Shown in pieces: positions 38,798 to 48,500 of a stretch of 64,000 bases of DNA (its first letter is position 1; each line of letters starts with the position of its first letter). The position numbers were made by a program, and so were the translations under genes. Origin of the DNA: an uncultured Planctomycetales bacterium (GTDB lineage Bacteria > Omnitrophota > Gorgyraeia > Gygaellales > Profunditerraquicolaceae); contig CAZJFL010000007.1 of the NCBI GenBank assembly GCA_964545575.1, forward strand, positions 31,848-95,847. Direction: 5' to 3'. The notes beneath the pieces are model-generated. The model was given only the letters and a program-made list of their open reading frames with translations, made no database searches and was not told the DNA's origin.

Positions 38798-41275
38798 TTA
38801 AAATAAACTTAACTGCTCCTCGTCTTTATGCTCTTTTTCTTCGTCGCCGAAGATGGAAATTATCCCGTATTCTCCGTCGAAACCGGCCTTGATATTGACT
38901 TGTGCCTGGCGCACCCTGAAAACTCCCTCTGCCACGCGCGCAGGCAACCCTTTTAACAAATCCTCCTTAGAAGCACGCAGCAGGATTTCAAATTCCGTGC
39001 CGAACCTGGCTACTACGTTGCGATACTCTCTTTCTACGGCCAGCGAATTTTTGCCCACCCCTCTTGCCTCGGCAATAATCTCATCCAGCGGAATCAGGTG
39101 TTTAAAGGGGATTACTCCTGAAGGGGCATAGCCTTCGGGACGATCCGCTAGCTGCTCTACGCGGTTCATTACCCCGACAGTCACGGGCTTACCGCACTTC
39201 GGGCATCTGCCATTGTGAGCTTTGGTTTCCTTTGGCGACCAGCGCACTCCGCATAAGCGGTGGCCGTCGAAATGGTATTTGCCCTCTTCAGGAAAAAATT
39301 CGATGGTATATAAAAATCTGGATTTATCCTTGGTCCTGAGCACCTCTCTGATAGTTTTATAATTTAACTCACAATTAAATACATTTGCCTCCCGCCCGAT
39401 TTTAGAAGGAGAGTGGGCATCGCTATTAGATATCAGACTAAATCTATCTAACGCGCTGAGCCTCCAATTCATGGCAGGATCCGACGATAAACCTGTTTCC
39501 CCCGCAAATATTTTTGGGGTTTGCTTCTCAAAACAATCCTCTATTCTATCAAACCCGGACATTGAACCAAATAAAGAAAACCACGGTGTCCAGCAATTAT
39601 GAACAGCTGCAAATTCACAGACATAAGAATTATCATCTTCTACCTCTAAATTATATACGATGCCTTTATATTCTTTCTTTGTAATTGTCCGGACTGGCAA
39701 GTATGCATAATTATTATCTATCCAGCCGTGCCTAGCGGTCAATTTGGTTTTAAATTTTTTAAATAAGCCTTTTTTTAACAAATTAAATTTGTCTTCGAAA
39801 AAAGAAAGATTACTAAATTGAAAAAGATTATACTTTGCCGATATTCTCCTAGTTCCTATAAAATGCTTTCCGCGATTGTTATACTTCTCTATAGAATCTA
39901 CGCCTATCGATGGAATAATGCCTAGTTTTAAAAATATGATTTTCATTTGATTCATTAAATTCCTTGAAACAGTATAACCTTTATCACCAGCCCACCAACT
40001 TTTGATAATCTCTACCTGTTTTTGAAGTGGCAGGTTTAACATCCAATCCGGCAAAGACTTGGAATGCGCCTTTTTTGCTTTAACACTTGTATAGAATAAC
40101 CGGCTAAATAATTCATATAAAACTTTGGAATAGAAAATTAATTCTATTCCTTTTATATCTTTTTTAACCTGTTTTTTTGATAATCCGACGCCAAAGATTT
40201 TTTTCATTAAATCTATAACATCTTTTATGTATTCGCCCTCACTTTCCAAGAAACAAAACGCAACGCAATCTCTACCGTTTGTATACCCTTCAGAAACGAA
40301 ATATCCTGCAAGTCTACAGAAATTTTTATCAATATCGATATGGTTATTTATAAAATTAACCTTCGTCCCATGATAAGCTATTTTGTCTTTCTTTAAAATA
40401 AAATTTCCCAGTATCAATTTATTGATTTGTATCTCCTTTTTGTCTATGATTTGGCCATTAAACCTTGGAAAAATCATAATATCGCCTATTTCTATATCTT
40501 TAGCTTGGACCCATTGGGGATAATATTTATTAAAGAATTTACGCTTACAACCTTTATATTTTAACTGGGAGCAGTTTGGCATACAAAAACTGCCTCGTGA
40601 TGCACAATTTTTATAGGTTTTTATTAAATAAAAAGGGTGCTCCGGAGTGACTTTTATACCTTCTCGAAAATAATAAGGTTTTACATGAAATATGGGCCCC
40701 TCGTATTTTCTTTGTAATGATTGGGTTATCTTCTTAAATCTCATTTTATGAGTGTATGCATAATCTCTGACCGCGATATCTTTTATTGGTTTTAATCCTT
40801 TGCTGGTGTGTACCATTGTATCCGGCAAAAGACAATGGGCCGGGATGACCATGCAATTCTCGTCAATATCAAAAACTATCCGCGCCAGTTCTGATGCGTC
40901 CATCCCCAGTATCGGCCGGCCGTCTGAGGCTAAATTGCCGTGCCTGGCGAGCACTTCATTGATTTTGTCGGTGGTCTTAAAAGAAGGGCTGATCACCATG
41001 TTGTGGATACGGTAGCCCTTGCCGCCTTTGGAATAAATGCTGCTGATCTCAGAGGTTAAAATAAAATAAACCTCTTTGTACTTAAATAACCCGCTGCCTA
41101 AATCCTCCAAATTGTTTTTGAGCTCCTCCAGCCATAAATGATGGGTAAAATCGCCGGTGCCCATCAAGGTAATGCCTTTTAGCTTTGCCCACTCGGCAAT
41201 ATGCTGAATATCCATATCGCGCGATGTGGCGCGCGAATATTTGGAATGAATGTGGAAATCAGCGATAAATTCCAT
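38798..41275 (-). CDS. Endonuclease Q family (PHP-domain) protein interrupted by an intein
   Basis: ADFHIHSKYS, GTGD, PAH|..WTPW, ETGLS, NSDAHS, GKYH..GHR.C and CPKC...GV..RV. Confidence 0.88.
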   Translation of the reverse strand: MEFIADFHIHSKYSRATSRDMDIQHIAEWAKLKGITLMGTGDFTHHLWLEELKNNLEDLGSGLFKYKEVYFILTSEISSIYSKGGKGYRIHNMVISPSFKTTDKINEVLARHGNLASDGRPILGMDASELARIVFDIDENCMVIPAHCLLPDTMVHTSKGLKPIKDIAVRDYAYTHKMRFKKITQSLQRKYEGPIFHVKPYYFREGIKVTPEHPFYLIKTYKNCASRGSFCMPNCSQLKYKGCKRKFFNKYYPQWVQAKDIEIGDIMIFPRFNGQIIDKKEIQINKLILGNFILKKDKIAYHGTKVNFINNHIDIDKNFCRLAGYFVSEGYTNGRDCVAFCFLESEGEYIKDVIDLMKKIFGVGLSKKQVKKDIKGIELIFYSKVLYELFSRLFYTSVKAKKAHSKSLPDWMLNLPLQKQVEIIKSWWAGDKGYTVSRNLMNQMKIIFLKLGIIPSIGVDSIEKYNNRGKHFIGTRRISAKYNLFQFSNLSFFEDKFNLLKKGLFKKFKTKLTARHGWIDNNYAYLPVRTITKKEYKGIVYNLEVEDDNSYVCEFAAVHNCWTPWFSLFGSMSGFDRIEDCFEKQTPKIFAGETGLSSDPAMNWRLSALDRFSLISNSDAHSPSKIGREANVFNCELNYKTIREVLRTKDKSRFLYTIEFFPEEGKYHFDGHRLCGVRWSPKETKAHNGRCPKCGKPVTVGVMNRVEQLADRPEGYAPSGVIPFKHLIPLDEIIAEARGVGKNSLAVEREYRNVVARFGTEFEILLRASKEDLLKGLPARVAEGVFRVRQAQVNIKAGFDGEYGIISIFGDEEKEHKDEEQLSLF
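39596..40834 (-). mobile_element. Intein (413 aa) with a LAGLIDADG-type homing endonuclease region
   Basis: Begins CLLPDTMV; block B VTPEHPF; LAGYFVSEG; ends VYNLEVE...VHN|C. Visibly more AT-rich than its flanks. Confidence 0.92.
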
Positions 41276-41727
41276 TACTTCATTATCTCCTCTAAAGTTT
41301 TCTCGACATTTCCCCAATGCGTGCCCTGCCAATAAATCCGGTTGCATTTGGGGCAGGTGATAAAATCTTTTTGGGTCTTGAAAACATATTCCGGAACTTT
41401 ATCCTTTATTTTCTCTTTCTCAACGGCAACCAGCCCTACATTACACAGCAGGCAACGCGTAAACATCATGCTTTTGTCCGGGATAATCTCCAATTTTTTT
41501 ATTACCTCCGCTACCTGCTCCTTGATTTTCTCCGCCTCCAGCAGCACTATTTTTAAACCCCTGGATTTGGGCAAATGCGAATTACGGCTTAAAATGATGC
41601 GCTCATCTCTTAAGGCCTGGATGATCAAAGAGCCGGGATTATTTTCGGGAAAATACTCAGCATCAAACCCGAGCAGTCTTAGCCATTTCACTAGCCTGCC
41701 TAATTCCTGAGTCAGGATAAAGCGCAT
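41275..41727 (-). CDS. Mut7-C (PIN-fold) RNase domain protein with Zn ribbon
   Basis: LGRLVKWLRLLGFD, RCLLCN and CPKCNRIYWQGTH. Confidence 0.88.
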   Translation of the reverse strand: MRFILTQELGRLVKWLRLLGFDAEYFPENNPGSLIIQALRDERIILSRNSHLPKSRGLKIVLLEAEKIKEQVAEVIKKLEIIPDKSMMFTRCLLCNVGLVAVEKEKIKDKVPEYVFKTQKDFITCPKCNRIYWQGTHWGNVEKTLEEIMK

Positions 41728-42994
41728 GGACAACTCTCCCGCCGCAAAGCGTATATTCCACTAAGCCTTTTAAGACTTTACCTAAAAAGGCGGAATTTTT
41801 TGACTTGGAAACCAGTCCTGTCTTCTGAACCACCCATTCTTTATCCGGATCAACCACGATGATATCAGCATCCGCACCAAGGCTTAAGGTACCTTTAGCA
41901 ATGCCTAAAATTTGTGCCGGATTAAGGGACAGCTTTTTTACCAACTCAGGCCAGCTCAATAATTTCGGCGCGATTAACTCGGTAATGCTGACGGCTAAAA
42001 TAGTTTCTAATCCTCCGGTGCCGAATTCCGCGCGCTCAAATTCAATATCCTTTTCGTTCTCGGTGTGCGGGGCGTGGTCCGAGGCAATAGCATCAATGGT
42101 CCCGTTTTTTAGCCCCTCTTTAATCGCCTGCACATCTTCTTTGCTGCGTAGCGGCGGGTTAACTTTCATATTGGTATCGTACTCCAAAACCGCCTCTTCG
42201 TTTAAGGCAAAGTGGTGGGGAGCGGCTTCTGCCGTGACCTTGATTCCTTTAATCTTCGCTTTGGCGATGATTTCTACCGATTCTTTACAACTGACATGCG
42301 CGATATGCACCGGGGCGCCGGCTTTTTCTGCCAGCTCTATGTCTCTGGCTACTCTTTTATATTCCGACTCTTTAGGAATCCCTCTCAGGCCCAAGCGCGT
42401 AGAGGTAAAACCTAAATTCACTACCCCATTTCCGGAAAGAGCCTTGTCTTCGCTATGGCAGGTGACTAAAACTTTCTCTTGTTTTGCCTTTTTTAAAGCT
42501 TCTAACATTAGCGTATCGTCATCTACAGAAGCGCCGTCATCAGAAATAGCAATCGCGCTTTCTTTCTTAAGGCCGGCGATATCAGTTAATTCCTTGCCTA
42601 AGCGACCTTTAGTGATTGCTGCGCAAATAAAGACATTTACGCAGGCAGTTTTCTTAATAATCCCTTTTAATAACACAACATTCTCTACGCAATCTATCGG
42701 TGTCGAGGTATTCGGCATAGCTAAGACGGATGTGGCCCCGCCTTTGGCTGCGGCTTTGCTGCCGCTGGCGATAGTCTCTTTGTCTTCGCGCCCCGGCTCC
42801 CTTAAATGCACGTGCATATCTACGATGCCCGGCAGTACAATCTTACCGGCTGCCTCAATAACCGTATCCGCGTCGGCTTTGATATTTTTTGCGACCTTGG
42901 CAATACGGGAGTTTTCGACCAGAATATCCGCGATGCCGTCTAAGTTGTTTGCCGGGTCAATTACCCGGCCGTTTTTAATCAGTATCTTGGCCAT
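41663..42994 (-). CDS. pyrC: Dihydroorotase
   Basis: DMHVHLREPG, MPNT, KVNPPLR and ASDHAPH; start MAKILIKNG. Confidence 0.95.
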   Translation of the reverse strand: MAKILIKNGRVIDPANNLDGIADILVENSRIAKVAKNIKADADTVIEAAGKIVLPGIVDMHVHLREPGREDKETIASGSKAAAKGGATSVLAMPNTSTPIDCVENVVLLKGIIKKTACVNVFICAAITKGRLGKELTDIAGLKKESAIAISDDGASVDDDTLMLEALKKAKQEKVLVTCHSEDKALSGNGVVNLGFTSTRLGLRGIPKESEYKRVARDIELAEKAGAPVHIAHVSCKESVEIIAKAKIKGIKVTAEAAPHHFALNEEAVLEYDTNMKVNPPLRSKEDVQAIKEGLKNGTIDAIASDHAPHTENEKDIEFERAEFGTGGLETILAVSITELIAPKLLSWPELVKKLSLNPAQILGIAKGTLSLGADADIIVVDPDKEWVVQKTGLVSKSKNSAFLGKVLKGLVEYTLCGGRVVHALYPDSGIRQASEMAKTARV

Positions 42995-43918
42995 TTTTGT
43001 CGTGCCCCTGTGCCACCAAAAACAACACTGCCATGCGCACGGCAATGCCGTTGGTGACCTGCTCTAAAATTACGGAATTTACGCCGTCGGCGACTTCACT
43101 GGACATCTCAATGCCGCGGTTAATCGGCCCGGGATGCATCACCACAATATTCTTTTTGGCTTTTTTCAGGCGCTCTTCGGTAATCCCGAAGGTCTTAAAA
43201 TATTCTAACGCTTGAGGAAAGGCCGCCTTTTCATCGCGCTCAAATTGCATCCTGAGTACATTAATCGCGTCGGCGCCTTTTAGCGCTTCATCTATATTAT
43301 CGGTAATCCCCACCCCCATCTTTTCTATTTCCGGGGGAATAAGCATTTTGGGCGCGCAAACTTTGACCTTTGCCCCCAGCTTTGTCAGCCCCCAGATATT
43401 GGAACGCGCCACCCGCGAATGCGCGATATCCCCGGCAATGCTGACATTTAAACCTTCAATGTGGCCTAATTTTTCCTTTAAGGTAAAAATATCTAAGAGC
43501 GCCTGCGTCGGGTGTTCGTGCCAGCCGTCCCCGGCATTAACCACGCTAATATTTAAGTGCCGGGCAAGCATGGTCGCTGCGCCAGAGCAATTATGGCGCA
43601 TGACAATAATATCTGCTTTCAGGGCTTCGATATTCCTACCAGTATCTACTAAGGTCTCGCCTTTCTTGACGCTGGAAGTCTCCACCGCGATATTAATCAC
43701 ATCCGCGGATAATCTTTTGGCAGCTACCTCAAAGGAAACTCTGGTGCGGGTGGAGGGTTCGTAGAATAAATTGACTACGGTTTTTCCGCGCAGAGCCGGA
43801 ACTTTCTTGATATTTCTGCCGGAAACCTCTTTAAAGGATTCAGCCGTAGAAAGAATCAGCTCGATTTCTTCTTTAGTCAGATATTCCAGTCCTAATAAAT
43901 CTTTCTTAGCCCAGTTCA

Positions 43919-43919
<1 letters not shown>
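42975..43919 (-). CDS. pyrB: Aspartate carbamoyltransferase
   Basis: FYEPSTRT, HPTQALLD and HPGPINR. Confidence 0.96.
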
Positions 43920-44505
<586 letters not shown>

Positions 44506-44542
44506 AAAATGTGTTAAAACTCTGGTTTCCATTTTTACTTTA

Positions 44543-44575
44543 CCTTGCCGGCTTCTCAAGAGCCGGGCTTAAAGG
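44543..44575 (-). promoter_or_regulatory. PyrR-binding RNA element
   Basis: CCTTTAAGCCCGGCTCTTGAGAAGCCGGCAAGG fits the CUUUAA...GAGA...AAGG PyrR binding-loop layout, upstream of the terminator and pyrR. Confidence 0.8.
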
Positions 44576-44593
44576 TCCTTTCTATTGTGAGTA

Positions 44594-44622
44594 AATATAA
44601 CATCCAAATAGCTACTTGTCAA
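44594..44622 (-). promoter_or_regulatory. Sigma70 promoter of the pyr operon
   Basis: TTGACA-17 nt-TATATT with an extended -10 TG. Confidence 0.78.
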
Positions 44623-44642
44623 GAGGAAATTTTAAGGCGGTC

Positions 44643-45068
44643 TTAATCTCGCTCTAGGGGTATGATATAAGTTTTTATAAACTTTTGGATATATTTCACA
44701 ACCTCTTCTTTGGCGCCAGGCGGGCTCTCTGCTACCCACTTAGCAAAGTTGTAGAGCGTCTGGGTATCAACTTTTAACCATTTTTTCTCTTCATATAACA
44801 CATAAAATAAGGTTGTCATGGCAACCCTTTTATTCCCATTTTGAAAAGGATGGTTTTTAGTCATCAAATAGAAAAGAATAGCCGCTTTGGTAATAAAAGT
44901 GGGGTAGAGCTCTCTCGCCCCGAATGTCTGGAAAGGAGTCTCTAAGCAACTTTCCAAAATATTGGGGAAGCGCGTTGCGAATTCGGGTATTGGTTCGTCA
45001 AAAGAAAATTTTTGTTGCGCAATAAGAAAAGCTATGTGCTCTACTTCGGCAACGGTAAGTCTGTACAT
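44643..45068 (-). CDS. Doc/Fic-family toxin
   Basis: KNHPFQNGNKRVA Doc motif; LES...P.QTF....LYP....KAA. Confidence 0.88.
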   Translation of the reverse strand: MYRLTVAEVEHIAFLIAQQKFSFDEPIPEFATRFPNILESCLETPFQTFGARELYPTFITKAAILFYLMTKNHPFQNGNKRVAMTTLFYVLYEEKKWLKVDTQTLYNFAKWVAESPPGAKEEVVKYIQKFIKTYIIPLERD

Positions 45069-45337
45069 CACCCCGCCCCCAGCTTCTTTAAAACTTCGCC
45101 GTATTCATTCATTGTCTTGGTTACCGCTTTTTGAATCTGGCTTTTTTCTCCTTCGCTTAAACTATGGCCTTTAACTTTGCGGATCTTCTTTATAATGTTA
45201 TTTCTGGGAATAGCAAAAATTTTCCCGATTCTTATCGCCTCAATTTCCCCTTTTTTAACCTTTTTATAGACCGCTATCCTGGTTATTCTTAAGATTTTCG
45301 CTACCTGGGCTATGGTTAGATATTCACTATTTTTCAT
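45068..45337 (-). CDS. Excisionase-like HTH (HTH_17) protein, probable antitoxin/autoregulator
   Basis: YLTIAQVAKILRITRIAVYK..KKGEI.A.RIG; its stop codon overlaps the Doc start. Confidence 0.75.
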   Translation of the reverse strand: MKNSEYLTIAQVAKILRITRIAVYKKVKKGEIEAIRIGKIFAIPRNNIIKKIRKVKGHSLSEGEKSQIQKAVTKTMNEYGEVLKKLGAG

Positions 45338-45377
45338 TCTTGCACCTCTTTTATTTTATTGGGGTTACAGAGATAGT

Positions 45378-45457
45378 GTTAACTTATGTTAACTCGATTT
45401 TAATGGTTAACAAAAGATAACCAAGCATAATTTACCACGCTATTTTTGGTTAGTCAA
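45378..45457 (-). promoter_or_regulatory. Promoter and two palindromic operators for the HTH/Doc pair
   Basis: TTGACT-17 nt-TAAATT at 45429-45457; GTTAAC-N4-GTTAAC at 45378-45393 and GTTAAC-N4-GATAAC at 45406-45421. Confidence 0.6.
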
Positions 45458-45539
45458 GGGGTTTTTATACGGCAGGATAAATAAAAAGGGCGCCTGATTT
45501 TTTCTTCGGCAGGGTTTATGGCTGATAAACCTGGAAGGC

Positions 45540-48500
45540 TCAGACGCCCTTTTGTAAAGCCACTTTAATTTCCTGCGCCGGCTTTCCGGATTCAAGTAGA
45601 ACTAACAATTCCCTTAAAGCCGAATCCGTAGCGCAGCAACTCTCTTCTTCTAATCTTAAAATATCGGCAATACAGCTTAAGACTTTATCTATCTGCTGAT
45701 TAAAATCGCTCTTTTCGCAGTAGGCGGCCAAATATTCCTTGATTCTTTGAACAGATGGCGTAATCCCGGCGTTGAGCATATTCTCTATTTGCTGCCATTC
45801 TTTATCATTGCTTGCTACAGGCATCATTCCCGGAATAGGCCGTAACGCAGGAATTGCCCCGGGCATTCCCGCAGAAGGCGGGACACCCGCCAATCCGATA
45901 TGGCGGGGTGCTGGCTGGGTAATAATCGGCAGCGCGCGGAAATCGATACCGCCGGTACCGCCATCAGCCTTAGCTGATGCTGGGATAGGCTGACCAGCTG
46001 GCCCTCTCGAATTATCGCTGCCACCCGCTGGACGGTTAAGGTCGCCTGTGGCATTCGGCTGCTCTAATAATAGATAAGCGCATTTCCTACCCGGTACATT
46101 TCGTTTTAATGTCACCCTGCCGTATATCTGTTCTATTGCAGCAACAAGATTAAATTTATCTAACATATCATCTATTCTATCGCCATTACAAACAATGAAA
46201 CCGCCGTCAGAAAGCAACCGAGCTAAATCGGCAAGATGATTTAAGAATCTGCTGTAAGAAAGCCCTGGTTGATTTGATTGGGAAACTTCTGGCCGTAATA
46301 AGAATTGTATTGCTTCGTAACTATAGATAATATCTATCTTCGCGCCAGGAAATCTTCGCTCTATAGCCTTCGGTAAATTTTCAGCGACATCTACAATGAA
46401 TGTAACATTGTCGGGGATGCCTCCTTGTTCCGTTTCCGGAAAATAGGTATCGCCGAAAGCAATAATTTGAACATTATTACTTCTCGATTCTTTTAATTTA
46501 CGGGATAGGTCCTTTACTTCTTTTAAATTACCTGCGCCCCAAGCCAAAATATACAATGTCTCGTCTTTACTGCTCTTGGCTTTTGCCTTAGCAACAATCT
46601 GCTCGAATAGGGATCTATTCAAGAAACGAAATCTTTCCTTAAAAATAACCGCTAGGTCGGAGTCTACTGTGTCAAAAGAACTATCGGAAACAATCCAATA
46701 GTGATCCGTATGCATCCCCATGCTGCCATCTTCGTTAAGAAAAATCCTGCCTCCAGTTGGGCTTTCTTTAAGTTTTCTTTTTTGATCCGGGGTTAACTGT
46801 TCACTAAACACGATTTGTTCGTTATTATCCTCGGCGGCGGGCGCGGCGGTGGATGGCTGCGGAACACCGCTATAACCTGTAGTCGGCACATTAATATTTG
46901 CTCTTAAGGCGCGCTCTCTGCGTCCGAGAAAATAATCTACCACCTCTTTTTGAATCAACAGGGCAGCTAAGGGGTTAACAACAGAATCGTTTATCCCTCT
47001 AGCCTGGTCGATATCGTCCCGGGTCTCTGTTAAGCTGGCAGAAACTGCGCTGATTCGACCGTCAGCAGCGTGGGATAACTCGCTTATCGGCCCGTAATAA
47101 CGCGGCATCAATTGCATGGCCACGGCTAAAACGCTATTGGTGGTCATCGCTTTTTCTGAGCGTTCCACTAGCGGAGCTGTTTTAGGAAAGGCTTGCCTTA
47201 GCGCTGCCGAAGTGCCTACAGGAAAATCCATCAATCTGCGCGACTCGTTGGCGGTATAAACAAGCTTAATATCGATTTGCCTAAATATTGACGGGCGGCT
47301 GTAAACCCGGCCGATAATTTCTGTAGCCAAGTCTCTGGTGCTCCCATCGAATGCGGTATCAATGACAATGAATCTTTCCCCTTTATTCACTGCCTCTTCT
47401 GTAATACCAAAGCCGGCAAAAAGATTTTTTATTTCCTGCTGGAAAGCATAGTCTTTACGTCCTGCTGGAGAGATCAAGCGGCCCCGTAGCTTCAATAGCA
47501 GCGGCATGCTGACGTTAAAAAGCACTATCCGCTCAGCCTCTGGGCTGCCTTTCAGCACTGCTTGTAAAGCATCATAAATCATTTCGGCGTCCCTGCCGGC
47601 GATTAAAATCCTGCTGTGGGTGGATAAATATTTCTGTACTTCTTTTATTATTTGCTCTAGATACCCGCCCTCTAGCAGATGCCTGACTTCCTGAAAAGTC
47701 AAAGAATTCTCAATCGTTGCAATATTAACTTTGGCTTCTTCCTTGTTACCGGCTACCCTGGTAGCCGCAGCTAAGATATCATCCCGCGTAAAACTGGCTA
47801 CTTCATATGGGTGCGGACGAAGACTAGGCCGAAAAAGATATTTTTGAATACGCTCGGCGGTGGGCGCGGCGGCACTTTCTTTTTCCTTGGCTGATGGCGA
47901 CGCTGGTTGCGCTGGCGCAGGAGGAACTATTCCTAGCGGTAGCTCAATAAAGAAAGTCGTGCCTTTTCCGATTTCGCTTTTATACCAAATGTCGCCGCCG
48001 TAATCCTTAACCACCATCCTGGCTTCAGCCAGGCCTACGCCGCCTCCGGTACTAGATACCCAAAGGCTGAAGATATCCTGCTTCTGCATTGCTTCAGGTA
48101 TCCCCGGGCCTTTATCATTAATACTGATAATTACGCGGCGGCGAGCAGCATCACCTGTTATCTGTGTCCGAATAACTATCGGCTTTTCTCTTTCCTTTAT
48201 ATCTACCGGCCCTTGTCTTTCCTTTGTGTGGCGCCTGGCATTATCGATGATATTGGTAAGGATTACTCGCAATCTCAGATTATTACCCATAATAGGCAAA
48301 GGACTTGATTTAACAAAACTCACCTCCTCGACGTGCGGAGCAACAACGCTATCAATCAGATCCCCTAAATCGAACAACTTTGCCTTCCCTATATTTCCTT
48401 CAAAAAACATAATCCGATCCTGCAAAATAGTTAAAAGGCCATTAAACTCCTTTCTTATCCCGTCTTTGTCTTCATCTACGTGCGGATCATCAGACAAATT

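Noticed and set aside
41859-43067. 402-aa plus-strand ORF
   Set aside because: Antisense shadow of pyrC with Ser/Ala-rich, motif-free sequence. The other plus-strand ORFs in the track were rejected for the same reason.
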